Of a stretch of 64,000 nucleotides of DNA, positions 1-14,200 are shown piece after piece (position 1 is the stretch's first letter; each line of letters starts with the position of its first letter). Made by a program: the position numbers and the translations under genes. The notes under the pieces were generated by a model. It was not told where the DNA came from and searched no databases. It worked only from the letters and a program-made list of their open reading frames with translations. This DNA is from Octopus sinensis (taxonomy: Eukaryota). Where the stretch lies: NCBI RefSeq assembly GCF_006345805.1, contig NC_043022.1, positions 11,346,001 through 11,410,000 of the forward strand, read 5' to 3'.

Positions 1-286
1 ACATTTCAGCTGTTTTCGTTATGCTAGCTCCTGCCATACGGGCACCAACAATTTGACCTCTTTGAAAGTCTGATAGATCTGTCATTTTAATGAATTTTAA
101 TTACCTTTCTCTCAATATATCTGAAAAGGAACAGCAATTTTAGCAAAACATATTAAGCAACACTAATAATATATTAAAAAAAACCCCATAAAAATAAACA
201 AGCTTTCGATGGTTTTATAGATATTTCAGGATTATATGCTATTATGCTATGATGCTAGGTGTTTCCATCATTTTGTCCAAACCCTG
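1..286 (-). mobile_element. 5' end of a Tc1-like DNA transposon (TIR plus transposase N-terminus), running off the window
   Basis: TIR gtttccatcattttgtccaaaccctg ends at 286 before TA. The minus strand from ATG at 85 reads MTDLSDFQRGQIVGARMAGASITKTAEM. Homologous to about 38447-38693. Confidence 0.85.
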
Positions 287-1704
287 TATGTGGGTGTGTA
301 TGTATATATTTAAATTTATATATATGTATACACACACACACACACACACACATATTTATATACTCTCGTAGTACAGGGCAGATTTCCAAATTTGCAATCA
401 CCTTCTCAGCAATTAGACTTACAACTTCACACACTAGCTTGTAATAAATAAAGAAATGGATACAAGACCCTGCAAAAGTGAAAAAAAAAAAAAAGCAGAC
501 TGGAAACAAAATCAATTTATAATGATGAATGTGGTGCTTATGTTATTAGTGACAGCAATAATTTTAATGAATTCTTTTCATGGGTTTTACTCAAATGCTC
601 CTTCACCTATGATGTTGTTTGTATGACTCACATGACAAACGGAGTATTTATCTGATCTCTAATGACTATATGTATATAGACACACACGCATATATACATA
701 CATATATATATAATATGAGGGAATATTTGAAACTTAATTTAATTATTGAATTGATAAAAGATGGTTTTTTTTCTAATTTATATATATCTATATATACATA
801 CACACACACACAAATGTGTGGTGTGTGTGTGTGTGTGTGTATTTATTAATATTTAGCAGAAGCAACAGAGTGACTGAAGGTCTGAGAGTTTCGTGCATTG
901 GCACTTATCAAGGTAGTTACTCATCAAAGGGCTGTGGGTTTATATAGTTGTTTGAGAATTACATTTTCCTCTGGATTGTTCTAGATCGAATTTTAAATCA
1001 TAACAATGTCATGTAGATAATTCATATATTCAAATAGTTTGCCCATCCTGTCATTGAATAAGTAAATACATAAATAAATAATTGAAGAGAGAAAGAAAGA
1101 AACCTTGTGTGTATCTTCATGCACACAGAAACACACACACATACACATATATATATATGGACATGCATATATACATATATACCGAAAGGCACATTAGTGT
1201 AAGAGAGGGAAAAGCATGTTAGTGGAAATGTTTGCAACAGTGTCCCTCTGGTTATAATGAAAGTTGGGTTACTGATTACAAAATTTCCTTAAATATTTAA
1301 TGATAATAACAAAAACATAAAGAAAAATATTTGTAATAATAAGAATATTAATATTGTTTCTTTTCTTTCTAGGAAACTATTAATTCCCATACATTCTTCA
1401 TTGCAGCATCTGAACTTGTTCTTATCTTTCGAAAATATGTTTTGTCTATGAATTGATGAATATATAAATAATTATATTAATATATCAGTAGTGAGTTGTT
1501 TAATGCAAGAGATAAGTCTTCCAGCAAACTTGAGACTGTTGAAACTGGTATCTTTACCTGGGATCAAACCAGCTCACATCAATTGAGAAATGTATAGTAG
1601 CTTTTTCTATGACTTTGTATTTGAAAATAACAAATTTACTTTATATATATTTATATATAAATATATATTTATATATACATATATATTTATATATACATAC
1701 ATAC

Positions 1705-1745
<41 letters not shown>

Positions 1746-2081
1746 TGCATAAATATATATGCATACAGGCATAATATGTGCATAAAATGAATACCTACAA
1801 ATAGGTATGTGTATATATGTATGTATTCTTAATACAGTAAATCTTTTTAATTTTACAATATTATTGCTTCCTAGTTTTTATCTCTTTCTAACTTCTTGTT
1901 CTTGATTTCAAATAAATGATTCCCTACCACCACCACCACCGTTCTCATTATACTCATCATATCTTACATACCTTCTCAATTTCAGAACATAAATTAAGGT
2001 TTTTTTTTATCAATTGTTTGTTTTTATTGTCATTTTTTTTTTAATTTTATTTCTCACTGTTGTCGTTACAACACTTTATAG

Positions 2082-2198
2082 CAACCACTCCATGTCGTCG
2101 TGATCAGTTTAGATGTGAAGAGGGTCACTGTATTGATGGCCGTTTTCGATGTGATGGAATCAACCATTGTCCTCTCAATACTGATGAACTTGATTGTC
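2082..2198 (+). CDS. Exon 1 in window, LDLa repeat 1 ([38 protein letters not shown])
   Basis: ttatag acceptor, gtaagt donor, 117 nt, phase 1-1, six Cys in LDLa spacing. Confidence 0.92.
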
Positions 2199-5100
2199 GT
2201 AAGTGATATAACAAAAAAAAAACACAAAAACAATCGAATTACTGATGGGTAATTTGATAAAAATCACAGAGGTTTCTTCCTCAAGATGAAATTTTGAAAC
2301 TGTTTATTTTTCTCTGCTGATGCTGATGCTAATGATGCTATCACTGCTCCTAATTATGGTTTGTTGTGGTTGTTGTTCTTGATGTTAATGTTATTATTCC
2401 TCTTGTTCTTGCTGCTCATGTAATTTTGTGACATGTTCTTGTCTATATGATCCTTCATCTTTTTATACCTCTGTGAAGTTGCACCCTTTTTTTCCTCCCT
2501 TTTCACTTTTTTCCTTCACTACAATTCTTCTACCTTTTCACAATCCTTTTCCTTTGTTTTGTCTTGTGTTTACCCTTTGTTTTACACCTCTGTTTTGCCT
2601 GCCACCTACATTGTTTTATACTGTTATACCACTATCTTTATCTTTTTCTACTAGTTTTCTTTCATCCTCGTTATTACCTTTAGTCTATATTACCTATATT
2701 ACTCCTCCTTTCACACCTCTCCTTTACCTTCCACTCTGTACCCTCTTCCTCTGTTTCTTTTATCCACTATATATGTTCACTCTCCCCTCAATCATCTATA
2801 TCTTATATTTATCTGTCTTTGTCTTCCACACTGTCAGTGTCTCTATTACACCTCTCCCTTTCTGTTGAACTCTTCAACATTTTGGTTTGCCTTCCAATGT
2901 TTTATCCTTAATTTTCCTGTATTTTACCCTCCATTCTGTTACCTCTGTTTCACCCTTCAAAGTCTCAGTGTTAATTTACACCTTGCCCTGTTTTACTTTC
3001 TATCACTTTAGTTTACTCTTCATCTGTTTTACCATCAATTAACTCTGTTTTTACTCTATACACATTCTGTGTCAAACTATCAAATCTATCTTTCTCTCTT
3101 TTAACTTTCATCTCTTCAGTTTTTGTTCACTTTGTTACTTCTGTCTTACTCTTCACATCATATCATTCCATTTTCTCTTTCCACCCCTGTTTCCCCTCTT
3201 TTACTCCTCCCAAATTACTGACTTTATGTTACCCTGCAGTACCCCTGTTTAAACTTCCTAACTCTGTTTAAACTTCCTAACTCTGTTTTTCTATTTTTAT
3301 CCATTCCACTAGTGTTCCATGCTCTAGAGTACAGAATTTTTTGTTACAATATTTCAATGTAACAGACACTTCTGTATGAAGATCATTCGGAATATTAATA
3401 TCCCTTGGTAGTGCAGGACAGAGCAGGACTATATGTTACAATATTGGTTACAATATTGCAACAAATAGTTTTGAATGTGTACACATACAAAAGATGTGAA
3501 TATCCATCTTCTGTGAGGATTATTTCACTTTAATGAAGAAACAACAAAAATTAAATAATGACTTCATTTTATTAAATGTTCAATGCTTGTTTTTGCTTCC
3601 ATTTCAAAAGTTTCAGCACTTTGCACTTCCTTTGGACTGCACACAGTTTACTGTTACCAATTTTGACTGTTTTATAAAAATTTCAGCACTTTGCACACCG
3701 TTTGGACCACTATCCTTTGTTACCAAACATTTACATTATGTTATTTAAGAAAATCACTTTGCACCTGTTTTGTTTAAATATTTTTTCACCTTGTTTAATT
3801 TTCTTGTTTTGTTTTTGAAATTTGTATTGAATTTCTGATTTCTGAATATCTGAACTTTTCTTCATGGAGATCTATATTTTATTTATTTCTCCTTTTTTTT
3901 TTATCTGTGAGAAACCATTTTTGCATGCTATTTTTCTGATTACTTAACTATTTCCTGTCACACATTTAACTTTTTCTTATTGCCCTTATATTTTTGTTTT
4001 TTTCACAAAAATGACTCAAAGGAACACTCAAGTTCTGTATTTCTTACTGGATTCATTTATGGATTCATTTATTTACTTAGCTCCTTTGCACTGAATATTG
4101 AAACCCCCTCAGCAATTAAAGAAAAAAAAAATCATTATTGTGATTTGATAGGGGTAGCAGGTTACCTTTTATAAGATCTAACTGTGTTAAGTCTCATGCC
4201 TCTAAATTCTGAATTAGAATTCCACAAGAGAAGACCAATGGTGATGTTGATAAAAAATAATCCTAGTTATATGCTAAGATTTATTCAATCTACTAAAATA
4301 GTTTGATTTTGTGCTATTATTATAATCATTGCTTAATAGATAAAGTATCATGTACTATTTTATATTTGTATCCCACTTTTACCAATTTCAAAACCTTTCA
4401 TATATCACTGTTTGATTTGCTCGAATTATTTTTCCTTCTAGTAGATGGCAACATAGTAGTTTTTTCTTTTATTTTTTTCTTCTCTGCAAGGTTAGTGGTA
4501 ATTAATATTCACTCTAAAGCTTAGATAGTTTGGTCTTTGGTTGGAGATGGTATCTTGACACATAGTAGAATAATTCTTCTACAGGCTAGTGTTGGTTTGA
4601 TTCAAACCAAAATGGAATATCTTTCTTCTATCTTCATGTATCACACCCACAGGCATCAGTGGTCATAGACATCAAAAGCTGAAGATTCATGATGGGGGAT
4701 GCAGTAATTGTCTCCTGTTGTCTTTCTACAGTTTATTTACAGTTTTATCTGCTAGTTTCCTCTACTCTTGAGCTTTTTGTTTTAGGCAGCAAGGGGTAAA
4801 TATTGCATCTCATCATTTGATAGGATTGTAGGGTATTTGGCTGCCATTTCTTACGAGTTAATCAACTTTGTTAAGGATTCACCATTAATTCAAGATTTAA
4901 GTGTTTTATACTATTGTAGAACTGATTTACAAAAAATATTGGCTTGTTGTCATAGGAGTTGTTATTTTACTAGATTATCTGATAAAGTTAGCATAATAAA
5001 TAAACAAACTGAAAGTTCTTATTTTCCAACATCTCTTAATTGAAAGGTTTATAGATCTATACAAAAGAGAAAAATCAAAGGTTTGGGAGAAATGATGAGA

Positions 5101-8100
5101 ACTTATTTCAGGACACTGAACTGCATGAAGGAGATGACAAGTGTCTCCTGCAAGTTTTAAGATACGGTGCTAAGGAACTTCATAGTAGCAGGGATAAACA
5201 GATGTAAAATGATGGTGACATCAAATGACTACATTCAGTGATAAATGAACACTTTTAAAATAGATGAGGATAGTTTGTTCAGAACTTATCTGTTATAAAT
5301 CTAATGAAATATCTAACCTGTCCCAATTATTTCTTTTGTTTTAATAATTTTCATCTTGAATCTGTTTCTTTGTTGTGATTGTGCATGTTTTTGGTTCTGT
5401 TTAGAAATAACTCCAATATTCTTTAATGTACTCACTGCACCCTGTTTTTGCAGTTTTCATTCTCAGGAACACTTTTCTATCTTTCTCATGATATTCTGCT
5501 ATATAACTTTCACATAATATTCTGCTACTTTTTAATGGTTGCTCCTATACTGTGGTTCCCAAATGGTGTGGTGCAAGATGTTGCTAGGCATCCTATAATA
5601 ATAATAATATTATTATTATATTTAAAACATGAGTAAAATACAAACTGAAATACTAAATAGAAAGTTTTCATAACATTGCTTCATTTATTGAATAAAGAAT
5701 CAAATAGTTAATATTTTTTTGTATTATTTATATTTATAGCCTAAAATATATATGTATTTTTAATACACTTTTTTTGACTTCATGTATAAATTGCACCAAA
5801 TTACTTTCATTTCATCTAAAGTGCACCACATGCAAATATGTTTGGAAACCACAGTTGTTATATGTCTAATACTCTTTGATTTTGGTTATGCATACACACA
5901 TGATATTCATTTCTCTCTCTTACTAGTTCAATCCAATTTGTTATCTCACTTGTTCATTTTTTTTTTAAACCTTGTAAAGGTTTCATTTGTCCATGAGTAG
6001 TAGAACATTATTATCCTTGCTCCTTCTCAACTATGTAGATATTTGATGAAAGGTACTCAGTAGATTCAGATAATTTAAGAATTAATCATAATAAAAGCAA
6101 GGATATTTGATAAGTTGATGAGAAAGGAAGTCAAGTTGAATAAAAAATGAAATTCTGATTAAATAAGAGTAAGTGAAACATGAGTTCATTGTTAGTACTC
6201 TGTCTGTGTGCCAGTTTCAAGGAAAATTAAAAGCTGTAGCACTGGATAGTTTCCTTTTAGTTTTTTATTCAAAATTATTTCATATATATATTAACATTTC
6301 AACCAATATATAAACATTTAGTTTTATTATAAATCATAGCTTAACAATAAAATATTCATTTGATTAATGAATTGTGAAATATACAAAATATTTGATTCTA
6401 AGTAATTATATATAACTGAGGGAGAAACTGCTTATAATTTGTGTTTATATAAATGATAAGAAACAAAACTACAAATCAAATTCATTGAATATGAATGATA
6501 AAATGTTCATTTATAAGAAATGCTGTAAAGGTCTTCATAAAATAAGCTTTGAAATTCTAGTTTTTTTTTTTTAATATAGTGATAATAATTCTCTTAGAGT
6601 CATATTCTGTTTATTTGCTAAATTTTAATAGACTTGTTCTCCAAATATCTAAATTCTTACCTTAAAGTTCTAATTAACTTATCAAAGAAGGTAAGATGTT
6701 CAGGAAAAACATAAATTATTTTGTGTTTGTTTTGCCTTCTGTTTAAAACACACAAGCACCAAAGCTGCTTGGCTCAAAGTTCAGTGTTCTACTGCCATGT
6801 ATAGGTTGGACATCAACAGATGTTTTCCATTGGATCAAGAGGTTAAATATATATTTACACTCTGCGGTTGATAATATCCTATTGTTTAGCATTTTGAGCA
6901 AGTATCTTTTACTACAGTCTTGGATTGACTCATGTCTTGTTTGTGAAACTTGGTAAACAGGAACTGTATCAAAACTTAATGGCTGAATTATACCAGTGAG
7001 TCAAAGGTTCGACCTTGAAACTGAGTCTTGCTGACTCTGTCTGAGAATTATTTTAAGAGTACATGTGTCTGTAATCTATGCACTTGTTCAATGAGGTTGA
7101 TATTTTGGTTGATTAAACAAACTCAAAAATTCAGACTCAGATGCATTCCAATGACTAAAATGATTAAAAGAGTAAATGCATGTGTAATTAGATTCTGTAG
7201 ATAATGAACGATATGGAAGTCTTGGACTAATGGTTCTTTTTCCTAGTTGCTTATAGAATAATCTAATATAAATTATTTCATTAATGCATAGAAATTCTAA
7301 TATTCACTTACCAGAGTTTAATTAATTGTGAGAAAAAAACTGTATATGCTCATAAACTATTTTAACTGTTATATTTAATTATTTTTACTTAATAATTTCA
7401 CCTGAATAAAAGCACTAATTCTACTGTAGTGTGATTTTAACAGTATCTCAGTTATACAGAAATCTAGTTTATATATATATAACATCAAATGTATCTGCTT
7501 ATGATTTATATTTTTAACTAATATATAGCTTTTACAATCAGAATAACAAATGTGTCTTAAAGTAGTTTTTTTTTATCTAATGTTCATTAAATCAATAGCA
7601 TAGCTGCAATATTAACTTAGAATATTGCATTTAATCCAGGTTAATATTTTTCAATAACTAACTGCTTTGACTTCTAAAGCATTATTATTATCTACTTATG
7701 AATATATATAATTATGTTAATATTCCATCTGATGCAAATATTATATTATAACATTATATATCTGCATTATTACATATCATAGATCTTTTATATACTAAAA
7801 ATATATCCTAAATTGTATTTCATTTTAGCAAACCGCACTTGTGCTGAAAATGAATTCTCCTGCAAAGTTGGCCCATGTATTGCAATAAGTTTGGTCTGTG
7901 ACAATAAAAGGGACTGTGAAGATAGATCTGATGAAACTCCAGATGCCTGTGGTAAGTATCTTGCCTACTATTGCAATAAATTTTCGAAGCCAGCTGGTTT
8001 CATGTTACCATTACCTAATCCCACTTACCTCATTCATTTCTATATCCTCTTCTCATCATTCATACTATGACTGTTGACTTCACCTCACTCAGAGTGGCTG

Positions 8101-11100
8101 CTGAAGGCTGCACAGGCCATGTACAAAGACACTGTCAGTAAGGTGAGAGTTAATCACGAATCAGTGAAGAATTTGATGTACAGGTAGGGGTTCATCAAAA
8201 CTCAGTCCTTAGTTCCTTCCTTTTCGTCATTGTCCTCCAGGCCTTAACAGAGGAATTAAAGACCAGCACTCCCTAGGAACTACTATATGCTGATGATCTT
8301 GCCCTCATAGCAGATTCCATATCAGAGCTAGAAGAGAAATTCCAAGTGTGGAAGCAAAACCTGTGATCTAAGGGTGTTAAGGTTAACTTACCAAAGACTA
8401 ACATCCTAGTAAGCAAGAAAACTGACCAGATCCTACTCACTTCAGGTAGATGGCCCTATTTGATTTGTAGGAAAGGTTAGACAGGAACTATGTATGGTAT
8501 ACCCAGTGTAATCTAGGAACACACAAGAGGTGCAGTGGATTAATATGAGGATTAGCAGATAAGGTAGTGTCCATATGTGGAGGATGTACAGGATCCATGA
8601 AAGCTACAGAAACTTGGCTCATTAGAGGTTGTAGATAATTTCTGCTATTTAGGAGACCAAATTAGTAGTTGAAGAGGATTCACAGAGAGTGTGATAGCTA
8701 GAGTAAGAATGGGATGGAGGAAATTCAGAGAGCTGTTACTCTCCGAGTGAAAGGAAGATTGTATGATGCATGTATATGGACAGCAATTTTACATGGTAGT
8801 GAGATGTGGGCCCTGAATGTAGAGGACATGCAAAGGTTAGAAAGGAATGAGGCTAGTGTTCTCCACTGAATGTGTTATGTAAGTGTACATGTTTCACAGA
8901 GCACTAGTGTTCTGAGAGAGAAGTTAGGCATAAGAGGAATTAGTTGCTGTGTGCAAGAGAGAAGACTGCATTGGTTTGGTCATGTGATGCAGATGGATCA
9001 AAGTAGACGGGACACATAGAAGTGGGACACCCAGGAAGACACAGGACAAAGCACTGAAGAATGACCTCCAGACACTGAACATTTCAGGTGAAATGGAAAA
9101 AGACGCCTGGTGTCTTACTGTACTCAAAAAGACCTGTACTCCATGGCACTCGTGGTGGTGCCACATAAAAGTGCCCATGCAGTGTCCTGCAAAAGCACAT
9201 GTGCGGTTCCACATAAAAGTGCCTGTGCAGTGTTGCATAAAAGTGCGCGTATGGTTCCACATAAAAACATCCATCACACTCTGTAAAGTGGCTGGCATTA
9301 GCAAGGGCATCCAGCCATAGAAACCGTGCCTAATCAGACTAAATTCTAGTGCAGATATTTTTTCTATTGTCTTTTTCTGAACGAATTCATGCTATCACAG
9401 ATTGCAACTAGCCAGCTCACATTTATGAATGTCCTTTAGTGAAGTCATGAGAATATTAACTGGTAAGCTGATAAGGAGTTTAAGAAGAAATGGTGCAGTT
9501 AGCTGCATAAACAAATATTTCTTTAAGTATTTCAATTAGTCGTTGAACATGTATAGTTCAATGGTATTTGTTTATTTTTGTTTTTACCTTATAAATTAGA
9601 AAGAGGATTAGAATGGATTAACTGATTCTTCAAATCTGGATTTTAGTATAATACATTTTTTATTTTACTTTCATTTTATAACTGTTTTATGTTGGTTGAT
9701 ATTTTGCTGGATCAAGCACTTGTGATATTTGATAACAATTGGGTGCAAACAACACTGCATGATTATAAAGTTGGCTTCATAGCTTGTTGATTACAAGTTC
9801 AATCTCATTGCATGCCACTTATATGCACAAAGATATGGCTGTGTGGTTTAAAAGTTTGCTCTGCAACTATGTGGTTTTGGGTTTGATCCCACTACACAGC
9901 ACCTTGGTCATGTTGATTTGGGTTGGCCAAAGTTTTGTCTGCAATTATAAATCAGTAGACAGCAACAATATAGAAACCCATTGGAGGAACCATTCCTGTT
10001 TTTTAGGTGATAAACCTGGTCTGTTGCCCAGTTTAACACTTGGTCCATGAGTGTTTTTTGTGGAATCCAGTTCATTTTGTTGCATATATTCAAACAAGGT
10101 TTCCAAGATAACTTTGCCCCTTCCTCCCTAACAGTCACTGCGTGACACCTTGGGCAAGTGTCTTCTACTACTTAGCAGTTCGGCAAAAAAGAGACCGATA
10201 GAATAAGTACTAGGCTTACAAAGAATAAGTCCTGGGGTCGATTTGCTTGACTGAAGATGGTGCTCCAGCACAATCACAGTCACATGACTGAAACAAGTAA
10301 AAGAGTAAAGAGTATAAGGAAAAAAATGTGTTTCTCCTGATCAAAACACATATACATCCTTGCTCCAGTTTGCTTGAATGACAAGAAACAGTTTTCATCC
10401 TGTTTTTGTATGTCATGATATGAACATGTGTTTTCTGTTTTTCTAACATGATAGAATATGATTTGAGAAAGCTTCGTTGACCATCTCTAGCATTTTGAGC
10501 AACCATGTAAACACTTTCCTTATTGCTCCTTATTTATTATTGTCTGACTCTAGATCAGTCCTGATTGAGCAAAATGTTCCAGTCCTGCTCATCCTATACT
10601 TTTATATATCTATGAAAACAATGTCTAATGTGTCCCTCCTTTTAACAATTGTAGGATATGATTTTAAGCAGGTTTGACTGCAATTTCTAGCAAGTTAAGT
10701 GAATGCTTCCTTCTTCACTCAAGTGGTTGATGTAAAAACAATATACTTCAGCAAAACACTATAGTACCCATTCTAGCATTATAATTCAAGTACTGGGGTT
10801 GATGTAACTGGCTAACCTCTTATTCTTACAATTACTGGCCTTGTGCCAAAATTTGAAATTTGAATTTTTGTTGTTGTTCTCATCATTATCTCTCTTCAGC
10901 CTCAGTATGCAAACCAGGTGGTTTCAGATGTCGTGATGGAAGCTGTATTGACGAGTCCCTCCACTGTGATCGTGTACCTCAATGCCGAGATGGCTCTGAT
11001 GAGATTAACTGTGGTATGTAAATCATTTAGTGTGTAGTGTTTGTGTGTGTGTGTGTGTGTGTGCGTTTGTGCAGGTATGACTATATAGTTGGGAACTTTG

Positions 11101-11247
11101 CAACTATGTGATTTCAGTCAAATGTTTCTTTAACAGCCCTGCATTGACCTATGCCTTGTGAGTAAATTTTGTAGACAGTAACTGTACAGAGCTCTCTCTC
11201 TCTCTCTCTCCATATATATATATATATATGTATGTATGTATGTATAA

Positions 11248-11285
<38 letters not shown>

Positions 11286-14200
11286 ATAGTTTGTGTGAGT
11301 GTGTGCGTGTGTATGTTCCTTATGCATCAGATAACTGAGTTGTCAATTTTGAAGTATGGGGTATCAAAAGATTCAGTAATCTTTCAGCTAACAAATAAAC
11401 TTTATTTTCATTTACATATTTTCTATGTTATCTCAACAATCAATTATAGTTATTTGAAAGACACTGCTCTATAATGACCCGGTTTCATTAGAAAGTGAAA
11501 ATAGTTTCATACTTTCAGTTTGAAACAAAATTACAAAGTGTTGCATTTCAAGAGTGACGATGTGTGAGTAATGAAAGTAATGTTTTTCCAAATTAGTCAC
11601 TCATTAAAAGACATCCATTTCTCTTTATATTATGAGGAAATACAGACACTACTCACTCTCATATGCACACACACATGTACACATACATACAAAAAAGATG
11701 TATGCATATGTATTTATGTACATGTATATGAAAGATAATGTGTGTGTGTGTAAGAGAGAGAGAGAAGAGAAAGAGAGCAATTGAGTGCTACTTACACATA
11801 CATGCAAAAAAATACATACATGATAAAACAGACCTTCACTCACTCACTTTTTTTCTCTCTCCCTTTCACATACACACACACACACATCCATTTCATATAC
11901 ACGTACGTACATCTTTCAATTTCTCCTCTCTTTTACTTTCTGCTCTCACTTCAAAGCAAATGTCGCCTCTTCATTTTCTTCTCACTTTCAATTTCTGCTC
12001 TCTTCAAAGCATAAAGAAATTAAAAAAATTTATGGAAATTAACGAACAATCATATGATCCTATATGATTAAGTTGACAACTTTGCTGCTTCAAACAAAAG
12101 AATGCCATAGAATAACTTTCTTTGACACACACACACTCTAGGTAAAACCTCTGTGTCAATTATGTTAACTCTTGCTCTGTGCATGTGCAAAATTACAGCC
12201 CAAATCCAATTGAAATTACCTTTTTCTATTCTGTAATTCGTGTTTGTGATGAGTGTATTTAAAAACCTGATTCCTTTAAAGCAAGTTTTTCCAGAAATCC
12301 TGTCTTTTACCTGTTGTTTCTAGCATGTCCAAGGTGACATTTTTGCCCCTACCCCCTTATTGTCTTCCTAAATTAATTCCAATTCCTATGTTTTCTATAC
12401 AGGAGATTAGGATTTCGCCCAAAAAACACGTTCTTGATATTTTAATTTTCTCCCTCCCCACCCCAATTTCTTCATGTTTTCTTTTTTACTTTTTTCCAAA
12501 TGTTTTCTTGGTAATTCACAGAAGAAAAAAGAGAGAGAGTACGAATCTTTTCTTCTTCCTTTTTTTTTTAAAGAAACACTAAAATTTCCTTGCCAAACAT
12601 CCACCCATCATCTCATCACTTTCAAAAGGCAACAAACTCCCAATGTTTCACTTTCAGATTTTTGGAAAGCTTGGAAACAGGTGAGAGTTGGAGCCAGGAA
12701 AAGCCATAGAAATTTGGTTTCAATAATCTCTGTCCATCTCATGCAAGCATAGAAAAGTGAATGTTAAAACAATGATTCTGTTAACAACATTTATAGATTG
12801 ATAGATATGTATGTGTGTATCTCTCTCTCTCCATATATCTATCTCATATATATATATATGGATGTGTGTGTTTATCTGTGCACATGTACATGCCTATTTG
12901 AATTTTTATATTCTGACATGAAAAATTGCTGAGCTATGGAGAACATTGTTGAATTCACTTTACATTTATTTCATGAATTATCAAAATTTTAATCTTACTG
13001 TTGTCTGCTATAAACTAGTTCCAGACACATAAATATATACACACCCACCTATACACACACTTATATACATATAAACATATATGTATGGGTATAACTTTGT
13101 CTATGTATTGGTGAAGTTGAAATAATTGAAAACTCAATGTTTTCAAATATCGATACCCTGTGTGATATTTGTTCTGCACTATGTGTCACAGAAACTCCTT
13201 TATCACTCTTGAAAACCAGTAACTAACTATTCATCATTTATAACTAAAATGCTTTAGATTATTAGTTATGCTCATTGAGGACTAAATTAAGGCTGAACAA
13301 CAACCCTGACCAAAGATACCTTGAAGCATATCCTTATCATCACCATGTATTCTAGTTTCTGAATCAGAAAGAATTACTCAGAGTATGAAGTCAAATTTGT
13401 GTTCTTTCGGGAGAGGAAAAAAAATTCCTCTTATCTTTGATATTGAATATTCTGGTGTCCTCATTTTTTAAATAAAATGTTTTTTAATGGTTCAGGTACT
13501 CATTGTTTATCTGGAGAATTCCATTGTAAAACTGGAGAATGTATTCAAGGTGCTAAAAAGTGTGATGGTCGTGCTGATTGCTGGGACAGTTCTGATGAAG
13601 AAAATTGCTGTGAGTATTTTTCTTTTTGTTTTAGTTATTTCTTCATTTTGACTATCACCATTAAATAGTAACATATTAGCATTTGTTATACGGTTTTACA
13701 TTATTCTTTCTTGTATTGCCTTACCCAGTTTTCTCTCCACTTCCCTATTTCACTCTAATCACTTTGTATTCCTGTTTCACTTCTTTCTTCTTCACACCCT
13801 CTTCTTCTGCCCATTCTTTTGGTTACATTATCCTGAACGAACAGATATAACATTGGGTAGTGAGGACTCTTGTTTTGCTGAGTACAAGGCGACCTCACTA
13901 GCACTGGCACCACAATAAAATGAGCCCAGTTCACCCATTGAAATAGTTTGTGGAAGAATATAGACAATGTAGGTCGGTTCAAGATAATCCGTTATGTCTT
14001 GTCTTATCAAGAACATGACAACTCCTCGTGGCAGTACCATGATAAAATTCACCCAATGCATGCTGTAAAATAGTTACTGTTAGGAATGGAAAAATCTAGC
14101 TGTAGAATCCATGCCAAAAATAGAATGTACAAGTGAAACATGATCACTTGATTTATCTAGGAATGTAGCAACTCTGAATATGATCTGACTTGTAGCAGGA

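Noticed and set aside
255-1790. Short Y/I/H/T/C/V-rich ORFs here and throughout the window
   Set aside because: They are (TA)n and (CA)n microsatellite translations with no domain content or splice support.
4653-4703. 51-nt phase 1-1 candidate linker exon ([16 protein letters not shown])
   Set aside because: It preserves frame but has a poor pyrimidine tract and no recognisable domain; such matches are expected by chance in a 5.6-kb intron.
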